A stretch of DNA of 64,000 nucleotides from positions 3,476 through 67,475 of the IMG/VR virus record IMGVR_UViG_3300015242_000025; one strand, 5' to 3'. Of this stretch, positions 17,849-27,754 are shown one piece after another (the stretch's first letter is position 1; each line of letters starts with the position of its first letter). The position numbers and the translations under genes were made by a program. The stretch comes from a virus. A model generated the notes under the pieces. That model made no database searches. It saw only the letters and a program-made list of their open reading frames with translations, and was not told the origin of the DNA.

Positions 17849-18578
17849 TTCCTGAAATCCTTTCTAATTCTTTGTCCCAATCAACATCTGCTGTCACATC
17901 TGTGAGAGCAGTTTGAACTAGTTTTGCCAATGATACAACGCGATTAACAACGTCACGTAAACCATCAAGGAATGATTCATCAATTCCCTCAATATCAAGG
18001 GCGTGTGAATCCTCAAGCGCTTTAGTTAATGCATCTCGTGCACGCTGTAGATCACCTTCAACAACAAGAACTTGCACAGGAGTTGACTTTTTACGTAGAT
18101 CACGGCGGGTTTGTTCAGCCTTTCGTCCTGCTGCAACAAATTTAGCCGATCGTTGAATTACTTCTTGTTCACGTTCTGGAGTAAAGTCTGATTCTATTTC
18201 ACGTGCATCAGCAACAGTATTACGAACTCGTTCAATATCATCCTTATGTCGATTGCGTACATCATTAATTGATGTTCCTGTTGCTTTAGCAACTGCTGAA
18301 ACAATTTCTTTATCAGCTTGTTTTACATTCTGCAAGTCGATAATATCCTGCAATGTCTGTTTCGACGCTTGAGCGTCGAATTGGACAAACTGGGCATAAG
18401 CAGATGCATGCTGACGAATACGTGTCTCACTGCGACCAACCGCATGCGCATATTCACTGAAACTAACACGGTTTGAATTTGATTCATCCAAAGTCCAATG
18501 CCAGCGAAGTTTTGCCAATTCATCGGCTGCCTTTTCCAGTCGATGATCTTCATTAATAATTTTTGCTGAGAGTGTCAT
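17841..18578 (-). CDS. helical protein with HTH-like segment
   Basis: VSFSEYAHAVGRSETRIRQHA; coiled-coil C-terminus; AAAGG RBS. Confidence 0.55.
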   Translation of the reverse strand: MTLSAKIINEDHRLEKAADELAKLRWHWTLDESNSNRVSFSEYAHAVGRSETRIRQHASAYAQFVQFDAQASKQTLQDIIDLQNVKQADKEIVSAVAKATGTSINDVRNRHKDDIERVRNTVADAREIESDFTPEREQEVIQRSAKFVAAGRKAEQTRRDLRKKSTPVQVLVVEGDLQRARDALTKALEDSHALDIEGIDESFLDGLRDVVNRVVSLAKLVQTALTDVTADVDWDKELERISGNG

Positions 18579-18677
18579 TTTTTACCTTTTCTTTTCATGA
18601 AGTAAATAACCATAAAATAAATGTAACCAATAAGAAAAATAAAACAGTAATTAATATTGCTTTATCTATAGTATCCA

Positions 18678-18935
18678 TTAAGCAATAATTTCGTTTGGTC
18701 TAATTTTTCTTTTTTCTAAAGGATGTTTTATAGCTGTTTCTGGATCATATTTAATATCTTGTTCATCAATTATTTCAGCTTGAACTCTGTAACCCTTTAA
18801 ATCTTTAGTTTGAGAAACAACAAGCATTGCATATTCTTTTGTAGCTTTTAGGGCATCATCATGCTTTCCGCTAACAGAAGGATAAGATACCTCACGTGTA
18901 ATAGTTTCAGTAATTCGTATAGTAAATTTTTTCAC
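18678..18935 (-). CDS. hypothetical protein
   Basis: Packed ORF, GTGA overlap. Confidence 0.55.
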   Translation of the reverse strand: MKKFTIRITETITREVSYPSVSGKHDDALKATKEYAMLVVSQTKDLKGYRVQAEIIDEQDIKYDPETAIKHPLEKRKIRPNEIIA

Positions 18936-19405
18936 TTTGGACCATCTTCACATTCTTCAACTTCGCCATAGATAACAACTTTTCGACGTCGTACTTTTTC
19001 AATGACTCCAGGCTGATTATGATAAACCCACATGGAATCCCATGATCCCCACCAAATTTCACCTATTTCTTTTGGTCCTTTAATTCCAACAGCGCCTTGA
19101 TTTACCCAGTCAGCAGTTATTAACCATCGTACACCAATTTCAAATTCATGTTCTTCTGCGAGTGTCCAACCGGAATCCCAAGATTCACACAATTTTCGTG
19201 CTTTCCATACCTTGTTAAAAATTTCATGCTCTTTATTTGAATGAAGTGGTCCATATACAGGCTCTGGATATGGATAAGGATTATCACTTCTCTGTTTTCC
19301 ATCTTGAAATGATGTTGCTCCAGCGTATCGTGCTTCACTTCTACCATCATTATCGTTTTCCTGGGTGAGCATCCAGGTAAAATCTTCTTTTTCAATGTCA
19401 GTCAT
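18932..19405 (-). CDS. hypothetical protein
   Basis: AAGGA RBS; NPYP...W.SGW motif. Confidence 0.6.
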   Translation of the reverse strand: MTDIEKEDFTWMLTQENDNDGRSEARYAGATSFQDGKQRSDNPYPYPEPVYGPLHSNKEHEIFNKVWKARKLCESWDSGWTLAEEHEFEIGVRWLITADWVNQGAVGIKGPKEIGEIWWGSWDSMWVYHNQPGVIEKVRRRKVVIYGEVEECEDGPK

Positions 19406-19541
19406 TCTGTTTCCTTTAGTTTTTCTTTATTTTTCTTATGTCTGTTAGATAAAAAATTTTCAATTCCATTTGCTACAAATACAATGGAAAAACTACAAGC
19501 AATAACTAGCATAGTAGTTTGACCATGAGATAATCCCCATA

Positions 19542-19742
19542 TCATGTCATTTCCTTTAATTCCTTTTCATAATACATTCCTGTAGATCGTAACCATTCTC
19601 GTCTTACTTCAAGTGGAGCTTTTGCGCAAACGTGACATTCACCGGCTTTATTCCCTGGACGTGCACCACAATCTTCTGCACATACACACCTAGTACGTTT
19701 ACCAACACAATACCAACATCCACGTTTACCGTTTTCATACAT
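19542..19742 (-). CDS. Cys-rich putative zinc-binding protein
   Basis: CWYC.G.RTRCVCAEDC...ECHVC; similar Cys pattern to 20282..20569. Confidence 0.6.
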   Translation of the reverse strand: MYENGKRGCWYCVGKRTRCVCAEDCGARPGNKAGECHVCAKAPLEVRREWLRSTGMYYEKELKEMT

Positions 19743-19744
19743 CG

Positions 19745-19948
19745 TTATTCCTTATCAAATTTTGGTGATACTACCATAATACTGCCATCATCCATTGTTC
19801 TGATCATCAAAAAATTTTTGTGAAAAACACCCATTTCATCATATTCAAGATATCCATCTGCAAATTGTTGCGGAGTAACAATAAGATAATTATACTTAAT
19901 CTCATTGACGATTGGATCAGAATCTTGATCAATTATTTCATTATCCAT
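19745..19948 (-). CDS. hypothetical protein
   Basis: Packed ORF. Confidence 0.55.
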   Translation of the reverse strand: MDNEIIDQDSDPIVNEIKYNYLIVTPQQFADGYLEYDEMGVFHKNFLMIRTMDDGSIMVVSPKFDKE

Positions 19949-20280
19949 TATGATACAGTTTTATCAGCTGGTCGAATAACAACACGCGAAAATGTTTTAA
20001 TTTTATTCTTTGCCCAACTCTTTAAACGTTTACGATTCTTTGGTTCATTATCGTCATTACGATGTTTCCACCATTGATAAGAATAAAATCCAATTAACGC
20101 AGCATCTATTCCATAATACCACAACGGTCGATGTTCAATAATGTCTGCGCCAATGCCGACAGACACAGCAACGAGTCCAATAGACCAAAAAATTCTCCAA
20201 TTAATTAATCTAAAAGCTAACCCCCACACCATGATAAAGAAAAGCATATCAGCTGTCGTATTCCAAAAACTTACTGTCAT
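19948..20280 (-). CDS. membrane protein
   Basis: Likely start MTVSFW; three hydrophobic segments, basic tail. Confidence 0.6.
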   Translation of the reverse strand: MTVSFWNTTADMLFFIMVWGLAFRLINWRIFWSIGLVAVSVGIGADIIEHRPLWYYGIDAALIGFYSYQWWKHRNDDNEPKNRKRLKSWAKNKIKTFSRVVIRPADKTVS

Positions 20281-20281
20281 T

Positions 20282-20569
20282 TTATTTATTCCTTTGTATT
20301 TCGTCCATTTTCTCTCTCCATTTTGAATACCATTCAGTATACTCAGAAGATTTTGGACACAGATGACAACTATTCCACTCAACGCCGGCCCGGCAATCTT
20401 TTTCACAATTACATGGACAGCGTAATCCGCGACAGTAAGGACAACTATGATCAGGCTGAACTTTTTGTCTAAATTTATGGATCAGTTTTTCATCATCAAG
20501 TTTAAATCCTATTTTTTCATTCCTCAACCAACGCCAAAAATCAATCCATCGCGAGTATAATGGTGACAT
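20282..20569 (-). CDS. Cys-rich putative zinc-binding protein
   Basis: CPYCRGLRCPCNCEKDC...SCHLC. Confidence 0.6.
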   Translation of the reverse strand: MSPLYSRWIDFWRWLRNEKIGFKLDDEKLIHKFRQKVQPDHSCPYCRGLRCPCNCEKDCRAGVEWNSCHLCPKSSEYTEWYSKWREKMDEIQRNK

Positions 20570-21223
20570 TTATGACACAGCCCGATCAATGTAGGCATTT
20601 TCCAAATCAACATCAAAACTTGCAGCTTGTGCTAACACTCGGGCGGCAGGCGGAGTTAAATAAGCAGATTCAGCATAGATGATTCCTTCACCATCACATG
20701 CTTCACAGGGATAAGTTTTATCAGAATTGGTTGAGATTGCATCAATATCACCCGCCGTGCCAGGCGGGAAAGACACGCGGCGCCGACCTTTACATACAGG
20801 GCAACGCTCGGGCGGTTTATTAGTTGCTTTGCGCGTCGTTAATGCTTCAACAACTTCATACGCAGAAATTACCCATTCGTAACTAGTACGTGTACTTTCT
20901 CCAGGTACAATGGATATTCCGGCGCGATGAATTAAAAATCGTCGTTGATCTTCAGTCTCACGAAAAATACGTGGTTCAAACCAACGGCATGCACTGCATC
21001 GTTCACTAGCAACAGCAAATTCATTATGTGCATGATTAATATGACGATGTCTATAGGAAGTACTAAATCCTAGAAATCTTCCGTCCAATTCAACAAATGA
21101 ATTTCCTGCTGGTAACGTCCAATGTTCAGTAGTTCCAACTAAGTCTCTTTTTGGCAGTAAAGCCAAAACATCAGGGATAAGTTCAGTCATTTCACTTTCC
21201 ATTTCATTATCATTAATCATCAA
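20570..21223 (-). CDS. hypothetical protein with DnaJ-like CxxCxG zinc-finger insert
   Basis: CSACRWFE, CPVCKG...CEACDGEG; first gene of the leftward arm. Confidence 0.65.
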   Translation of the reverse strand: MMINDNEMESEMTELIPDVLALLPKRDLVGTTEHWTLPAGNSFVELDGRFLGFSTSYRHRHINHAHNEFAVASERCSACRWFEPRIFRETEDQRRFLIHRAGISIVPGESTRTSYEWVISAYEVVEALTTRKATNKPPERCPVCKGRRRVSFPPGTAGDIDAISTNSDKTYPCEACDGEGIIYAESAYLTPPAARVLAQAASFDVDLENAYIDRAVS

Positions 21224-21236
21224 ACTAATTTTCAGA

Positions 21237-21297
21237 AGATAAGTGTCTAACTAAAATGCTAACTACAGAAACCCATAGAGTTGTTAGACACTTATCT
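21237..21297. repeat. 15-bp perfect inverted repeat in the divergent control region
   Basis: AGATAAGTGTCTAAC (21237-21251) / GTTAGACACTTATCT (21283-21297). Confidence 0.8.
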
Positions 21298-21723
21298 CCC
21301 ATTAATCGAGTATCCTCATTGTTGCTTCCTATATGGACTTGGTTATCGATCGGTTATTGTTGCCACGTAGAAAGCAATAACTCGATACCACAAGCTTAAC
21401 AGATTTGACTCATGCGTGCGCGTGCGCGCGCGGAGTAAGAACAGCTCTAGCTAGATGATCATGGAGTAGGCGCGGCGCGGCGCCTATATTAGCCCGGTTG
21501 GGTGAGGTACGATACACATCTGTAGCGCGGGTCAGCGCAAAGGGGGATTTAGGGCAAATCAATACTTTTTACATGATATAGGAATAACGAATTGCGTAAA
21601 TCAATTTGCTTAGAAGAAAGCAAATGAAAATGATTGCTAGCTTTGCTTTGCTCAAAATCAATAACTAAATTGAATTTTAGGTTAAATACTATAGGAAATT
21701 TGATGTAAGAAAAGAGTGAGTTT

Positions 21724-22890
21724 ATGGCTTTAGCAGAATCATTTACAGCGCCTAATGTCGATCCAGAAATGGCATCAGAGCACTTACAGATTTTACATGG
21801 TAGTGCACAAGGATTAATTAGTCTTGTATTATTAGGAAGTGAGAAAAGGGAACGTCATTGTTTCTTTTCAACTGATGATATTGAAGAAACATCATATGAA
21901 GATTCACAGTATGGATTACAGGATATAGCTGGAGAGCAATGGAATATTTATATTGCTTGTTCTACATTTAAAGAACGACCAGAAAAAGGTAGAGGAAATA
22001 GGGATAATGTTTTATCCATTCCGGGTGTGTGGGCAGATCTTGATGTAAAGCCTGATACGGAAGGATTCTTTCATAGTACTGAAGAAATTGATCGATACAT
22101 GGAATTGTTGCCACAACCGACAATTGAAATAACCACGGGTAGTGGGGGAAAACATTTATATTGGCTTACACCGCCTGATCATCCTTTGTCTGCTATTGAT
22201 GGTTCAAAGTTACTAATGCAGTGGCGTGATTTTTTGTTGTATGAAGCACAAGGATTATCCATTGATTTTGTGCAAGATTCAGCGCGTATTATGCGTCTTG
22301 CTGGCACACTTCGTTGGCCTAAAGGAACTGATGATCATATTCAAACACCGCGTCTCGTAGAGATTAAAAAAGTAGGTCCGCGTTGTGATGTTAAGGAATT
22401 ACGTTTAATCAGTGCATTCGCACACCAAAAAATGACAGTGTTGCGAGAACAACAACATGCCGAGCGTTCAGCAATAGTAGGTAAACGGCATGAGGAAATG
22501 GAAAATCAAGGTGCAGATTTAAATTTATATAAAGCAGCTGTAGGTCGATTTAATGCATTACAAGATTGGGGTTCATTACTAGAAAAAACAGGATGGACAT
22601 TACATTCTGATGAAAGAGATAAAAGTGCACACTGTCGTTTTTGGATTCGTCCAGGTAAAGGTTTAGGTGCGTCTAAATCAGCTGCAACAGATTTTATATA
22701 CTCGGATGGAATACCATTCTACGGAATGACGATTTATTCTAACGATCCGTCAATGGAAGATATTATAGAGGAAAAAGATTCTTCAGAACACGATATTTGT
22801 TCAAAATGGAATTATGCATTAAAACGTTTGTTTAATAATGATGAAGCTGATTTGTATATGACCGTTGTTGAAAATGGAGGAACATTATGA
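21724..22890 (+). CDS. AEP/RepB-like DNA primase
   Basis: VWADLD, TGSGGKHLYW, D.ARIMRLAGT; C-terminal W.RPGK...SA.T domain. Confidence 0.8.
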   Translation: MALAESFTAPNVDPEMASEHLQILHGSAQGLISLVLLGSEKRERHCFFSTDDIEETSYEDSQYGLQDIAGEQWNIYIACSTFKERPEKGRGNRDNVLSIPGVWADLDVKPDTEGFFHSTEEIDRYMELLPQPTIEITTGSGGKHLYWLTPPDHPLSAIDGSKLLMQWRDFLLYEAQGLSIDFVQDSARIMRLAGTLRWPKGTDDHIQTPRLVEIKKVGPRCDVKELRLISAFAHQKMTVLREQQHAERSAIVGKRHEEMENQGADLNLYKAAVGRFNALQDWGSLLEKTGWTLHSDERDKSAHCRFWIRPGKGLGASKSAATDFIYSDGIPFYGMTIYSNDPSMEDIIEEKDSSEHDICSKWNYALKRLFNNDEADLYMTVVENGGTL

Positions 22891-22936
22891 ATTATAATAT
22901 CAACACGGTTAGAGTTTTGGTATTTGGTAATAGCGA

Positions 22937-24412
22937 ATGACAGCGGCAGAGCATATGACAGACCGCAAAGAACGTATGGCTGCTGCTAATCAACGTGCAT
23001 CAGAAGAATTACATATTAATGAAACTCCTACGGATTCAGGTAATGCTTATCGTTTTGCTCGGTTATTTAAAGATAAAGTTAAGTATGTACCAGAGAAAAA
23101 ATCATGGATTATCTGGAATGGAAAACTCTGGCAATATGATAAGTCTAATCAAACACTGGACATGACACTAACAGTCTGTACCGATGTAGATAATTATCTT
23201 TTAGAGATATCAGATAAAAAAGAAAAAATTGAATGGACTAACTGGGCTAGAACCTCTAAATCACTGACACGTAGAAAATCAATGCTTGAATTAGCAGCCA
23301 CACTACGTGAAATTGTTGTGTATGAGAAAGATTTAGATATTCATCCTTATTTGTTTAATTTCGTTACGTGCACATTAAACTTTGAACCACCAAGGATTTG
23401 TTTTTCTCATAATTCTGATAATAACATCACTAAAATTTGTCCAACACCCTATGAACCAAACGCTAAGTCTAGACTTTTAGATGAATTTCTCGATCGTTTT
23501 ATGCCAGACAAAGAAGAAAGAATTTGGAATTTAACATCATTAGCAGTAGCGGCGTTTACTGGTCGTAACATGGAAAGAAAATTGTTAATGTTGTTAGGCC
23601 CGTCATCCACTGGTAAGTCTGCATTAATGGAACTTATGCAAGCTTCATTAGGATATGATTACACGGCAGCAGTTAATGCCTCGGTATTTCGCGGAAACAT
23701 GGATGATAAACCACGTCCGGATTTAGTGCGTGCCAGCGATTCTCAATTTATTATGGCATTTGAAGCTTCTGAACAATGGGATTTACATGTAGATCACATA
23801 AAAAGAATGACCGGCGGAGATCCACTTGTCATGCGTGGAATGAAATCAGATTCCATGAAAGAAAGGATAGCAAAATTTACTCCTTGCATTATCGCCAACG
23901 TACCACCCAAAATTAGAGGTTCTGATAACGCCATTCGTCGCAGGTTGCATGTTTTGCTGATGGATCAAACCGTAGATCCCGTAGAAGATGATGGTAAAAA
24001 ACGTATTGAATTAGTTAATAATTTAGAGTGTCGCATAGCATTTATCGCTTTACTAGTACAACTATATGTGGAGTCTGACGGAATTTTGCCCATGAATGTC
24101 CCGCCTCGTATTGCTGCAAAAACAATGGAGGTATTTGCTGCGCTGGATTCAGTTGATGAAATCATTAAAATGTTGATTGAAGAAGCTATTATCATCCATG
24201 ACACAGACATCCCTGCCTCGCATTGTATAAAAACAATGGATTTACATAAGGCTATATGCAAAATTCTCAATAGTCAGCACATTAGAGATGTGCCAGGATC
24301 TAAGCATTTTTCGCAAAGAATTCAGGAATTAGGATATGAAGTAAAAAGTAGCGGCGGATCACGTGTTGTTGGATATCGCCAAGGAGATAGTTTTTACGCT
24401 TATATGATGTGA
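22937..24412 (+). CDS. D5/P4-type SF3 DNA helicase
   Basis: TDSGNA.RF (D5_N), W..WNGK.W, GPSSTGKS, IKRMTGGD, AIRRRL. Confidence 0.88.
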   Translation: MTAAEHMTDRKERMAAANQRASEELHINETPTDSGNAYRFARLFKDKVKYVPEKKSWIIWNGKLWQYDKSNQTLDMTLTVCTDVDNYLLEISDKKEKIEWTNWARTSKSLTRRKSMLELAATLREIVVYEKDLDIHPYLFNFVTCTLNFEPPRICFSHNSDNNITKICPTPYEPNAKSRLLDEFLDRFMPDKEERIWNLTSLAVAAFTGRNMERKLLMLLGPSSTGKSALMELMQASLGYDYTAAVNASVFRGNMDDKPRPDLVRASDSQFIMAFEASEQWDLHVDHIKRMTGGDPLVMRGMKSDSMKERIAKFTPCIIANVPPKIRGSDNAIRRRLHVLLMDQTVDPVEDDGKKRIELVNNLECRIAFIALLVQLYVESDGILPMNVPPRIAAKTMEVFAALDSVDEIIKMLIEEAIIIHDTDIPASHCIKTMDLHKAICKILNSQHIRDVPGSKHFSQRIQELGYEVKSSGGSRVVGYRQGDSFYAYMM

Positions 24413-24484
24413 CAAAAACACGTAAAATTTTAGATATCTGATATTGAGAACGTCGAGTTACATTGTGGTTTTTGGGTAAAATCC

Positions 24485-24858
24485 TTGTAGGTTTGGACGC
24501 GAAAAAGGCTTCTGATCGCTACAGGCAAACCTACAACAAGATCAACTTACTAATGTTTGTACTTTGGGGTTGGGATGGATATTACTCAAATGATATTACT
24601 TAATGGATATGACTAGATGAGTATGAATGGATGGGTGGGATTTTGGCGGTATGTTGATAGATGGTGAGGGGGAAAGCTACAAAATGATCATGGGTCTGAC
24701 CTGCAGTTATATATGTAAACTCTCTATTTTGTAGGTTTGTAGGTTTAGTAGTAGTAGTAGAGGTACATATAGAGAATTAGAAATTAAACACGCGGTTAAA
24801 TACGCGTTTATACGTGATAGAGGAATGTACGTCATCTGAAACCTACAAACCTACAAAA
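24485..24858. repeat. iteron-like AAACCTACA repeats; candidate replication origin
   Basis: 11-bp IR 24485-24495/24526-24536 and 20-bp perfect IR 24727-24746/24839-24858, directly downstream of the helicase. Confidence 0.7.
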
Positions 24859-24970
24859 CGATCTTGGAGGGATGTGGATCTTGAGGAAAAGGTAGCCAGG
24901 ACCTCTCCCAAGTCGATCATGAAAACTACGTCGTTAAAGATCTTGAAAAATAGATTTATGCAATCTTTGA

Positions 24971-25012
24971 TATTCAAACTTTCATATTTCAACTTTCATA
25001 TTCAAACTCGCA
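24971..25012. repeat. three tandem ~14-bp repeats
   Basis: TATTCAAACTTTCA TATTTCAACTTTCA TATTCAAACTCGCA. Confidence 0.7.
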
Positions 25013-25166
25013 TTAAAATCTGAGACTATCGTTTCTCGCATATCCTATATTCAATATTCTATCTTTACTATCATGAAATGGATTTATCTGGCGAAAATAA
25101 CACAGCTGTCATCAGTGGTACACTAGATTATGTAGAAGTCCATCCACGTAAAGGAATTTAAGTATC

Positions 25167-25607
25167 ATGACCGGTTATGTTCAATTAACTAACGCTGTTC
25201 TCACCGAAATTGAAAGCGCAATGTTTGGTAAGAATTACAGTAGGCGAGATTTGGCAAACGCATCTGGTATTAGCTATCCGAATATCACAGCTATCTTGAG
25301 TCGTACTCGCAAACAAATGCGTATTAGAACTGCAGTGAAATTGTTTAATACACTAGATCTCGTGTGGTCTGAGAATGATGCACAATTTGTTTCACACAAT
25401 AAAACAACACCAGTGGTTAACGATGACGATAAACCGTCATTTACTTTCCCTATTTCTACTACTGTTGGTAATTCACACTTCACTTATACACCGATCAGTG
25501 ATATTGTACGGCGTGCATTGCCTACCCGCATCTATGCATTGAATGATGTTAACTTTGCACGTGTAATTGAATACATTAATGATCTATTAGATGAGCAATA
25601 CAAGTAA
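25167..25607 (+). CDS. XRE-family HTH regulator
   Basis: YSRRDLANASGISYPNITAILS; AAGGA RBS. Confidence 0.78.
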   Translation: MTGYVQLTNAVLTEIESAMFGKNYSRRDLANASGISYPNITAILSRTRKQMRIRTAVKLFNTLDLVWSENDAQFVSHNKTTPVVNDDDKPSFTFPISTTVGNSHFTYTPISDIVRRALPTRIYALNDVNFARVIEYINDLLDEQYK

Positions 25608-25720
25608 GATATATAAGGCTTATATACTTACATACTATTCGTTATTTGGACCACATTGATTTGACTATATTGATTTCATGGGTATGTTAATGCGCTGACA
25701 TATGCGCTACGCTGTGCGCT

Positions 25721-26275
25721 GTGGCCCTCTCAGCCGGTGCACAGCGCGCCTACGTTGAAGCACGGCGCCGCCGTGTGCATCCCGAGCTTTCTCCCACCCG
25801 CAAACCCACGGGTAAACAATGGGAAGTTGATATAGAGGTATGGTTAATGGCTATGGAGATTGCTGATACTAAGAACATAACACCGTGGGATGCATTGCTA
25901 TTGGCTGTGCGCAGGCGTGCTGCACGTGTGCAGTGGGTTGACAATGTTATCACTGAGATAATCAAACAACACATTGATTCAGATGGAGATCCGAACATAC
26001 CACCTGATGAAGTGAAGCCATGGTTAATGGAGTCACGTAAAGAGGAACAGCTAATGGTTCGCTCTGCTAAGTTGGCTATCGATGCAGGTGTAGCAGAGGC
26101 AGTAGTGAGAAGGCTAGAGATGGAGGGCAAGGTAATCACTGATGCATTAGTAGCAGGACTTGACTCACTAGAGTTAACACCTGAACAAAGGATGACTGCA
26201 CTATCAGTGATGCACAATCAATTAACCGGTGGATTCAATGGCAATAATGATGATGGTAATGTAATTGATCAATGA
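25721..26275 (+). CDS. putative terminase small subunit
   Basis: PWDALL..VRR.AARVQW, K.AIDAGVAE..VRR.E.EG pattern typical of actinophage TerS-like proteins. Confidence 0.5.
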   Translation: MALSAGAQRAYVEARRRRVHPELSPTRKPTGKQWEVDIEVWLMAMEIADTKNITPWDALLLAVRRRAARVQWVDNVITEIIKQHIDSDGDPNIPPDEVKPWLMESRKEEQLMVRSAKLAIDAGVAEAVVRRLEMEGKVITDALVAGLDSLELTPEQRMTALSVMHNQLTGGFNGNNDDGNVIDQ

Positions 26276-26280
26276 TAATC

Positions 26281-26310
26281 AAATATAAATAATAATTATT
26301 ATTTATATTT
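26281..26310. repeat. 30-bp perfect AT-only palindrome
   Basis: AAATATAAATAATAA-TTATTATTTATATTT. Confidence 0.8.
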
Positions 26311-26745
26311 ATTTATATTTAATTATTAATTCATTAAACTAAGCGACTAAACTTGATGTATATCAAGCCATCATAAATAACATTGTTGTATACATATAGT
26401 TTTATTTTGAATCATATACACATCATAAACATTTAACAGATGAAGTAGCTTGATAAGTATGGACAAATTCTATAATCATAATCATCTATGATTATGCAGC
26501 TATTGGCCTCAACTGGTATAATCCATTGTAGACAGTAAAAATCACAAAAATTCAATAAAATGAATAAAATCGCTTAATATGCTTAATGTCCGATAAACTC
26601 GAGAAAAATCGGATAAAAATAATTAACCGACTCAAAACGGAACAAACTGGACACAGTATACCACTCCATCTGTTTTCCCAATTTTCATTTTATCCAGATT
26701 TTATTTCTCCAAATCATTATCGTTATCATCTAAAGGAATTCAATC

Positions 26746-27051
26746 ATGATGGTGGAACCTCGTACATATCAATCTAAGATTGTCTACGATATTCAAGCTA
26801 TCCAATATACTGGTGAACCTGAGAATATTGAGGCAATTAAAAAATTTGTTGGTGATAGGGATAATGGTGATTGTCTTTTTATGTTGCCATCTGAGATTAA
26901 TGGAATATGGAGAGATGCTCACCTGTGGTATGACCGGTTTCAATATTGGGTAAGTGTAAAAAAGAATGACTGGATTGTTTTCGATCAAACTACTTCTGTT
27001 TTCTATCATTCAACGCCGAAAGAGTTTTCCATATACGAGGAACAGAAATAG
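26746..27051 (+). CDS. conserved phage protein (AIQYTG..N...DWIV...FY....F..YE family)
   Basis: Motif pattern; AAGGA RBS. Confidence 0.65.
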   Translation: MMVEPRTYQSKIVYDIQAIQYTGEPENIEAIKKFVGDRDNGDCLFMLPSEINGIWRDAHLWYDRFQYWVSVKKNDWIVFDQTTSVFYHSTPKEFSIYEEQK

Positions 27052-27072
27052 ACATGATGATGGGATCATTAA

Positions 27073-27444
27073 ATGACAAGTAGAAATCACAACTTGACGG
27101 ATATTCTTACTGGCAAGATGATTCCCCCTGATTTTATTAATCCTCAAGGCGTTAAATGGTGGCAATTAGATGAAAATAGTTATAACTATGAACATGGAAT
27201 TCCTTACCTGGTGGACTCTCCAGAACATGGTAAGGAATATGTGATTGTTGAAAATAACACAACTAACAAAAATAATAAAACCAGCAAAACTAACAGTGTT
27301 GTTTATGTTACCGACAGTTTGGAAGCTCTCTATGTGAAATTGGATCAGTTTGCTGTGGTATATGCCTTCAAAAATAATTACGGGACTGGATTAAATGACG
27401 ACGATAATGACGACGATAATGACGACGATAATGACGAAAATTAA
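27073..27444 (+). CDS. hypothetical protein with acidic repeat tail
   Basis: PDFINPQGVKWW; C-terminal (NDDD)n. Confidence 0.6.
   Translation: MTSRNHNLTDILTGKMIPPDFINPQGVKWWQLDENSYNYEHGIPYLVDSPEHGKEYVIVENNTTNKNNKTSKTNSVVYVTDSLEALYVKLDQFAVVYAFKNNYGTGLNDDDNDDDNDDDNDEN
27394..27437 (+). repeat. 12-bp tandem repeat x3.7
   Basis: AATGACGACGAT units. Confidence 0.85.
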
Positions 27445-27754
27445 GACTAATACTATTATGAAAACAAGTAATAATCAATGGGCGATGGAAACTATCACTG
27501 AAACAGCAGCAATTAAAATAACTCCGCTCTGCTATTCGGTTTCTTCATTATCTAATGTGCACACTATTCCGGTGGCCGCGGAGTACGAATGGACATTCAT
27601 TGATGGTGATATTTATTATGCTTGCGCGGAATGCTGTGCGCGGTGGCGGGAAATGGTAGCAAAACACAACAACACTTCTATCATCAAATCTATCAGAACT
27701 ATTCGGCCTATCATCGGACTAGACCCCGTAATCATTGGAGATGTTAATGACTGA
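27395..27754 (+). CDS. hypothetical protein (start uncertain)
   Basis: YYACAECC motif; the N-terminus is likely downstream of the repeat. Confidence 0.5.
   Translation: MTTIMTTIMTTIMTKIKTNTIMKTSNNQWAMETITETAAIKITPLCYSVSSLSNVHTIPVAAEYEWTFIDGDIYYACAECCARWREMVAKHNNTSIIKSIRTIRPIIGLDPVIIGDVND

Noticed and set aside
2671-26688. 17-bp match GTTTTCCCAATTTTCAT at 2671 and 26672 (plus CAAACTGGACA at 2430 and 26643)
   Set aside because: AT-rich match of a length that can arise by chance in 64 kb; spacing between the two motifs is not conserved
27394-27437. CRISPR array
   Set aside because: Direct tandem 12-mers without spacers; no repeat-spacer array seen anywhere, and the Cas4-like gene sits in a recombination module
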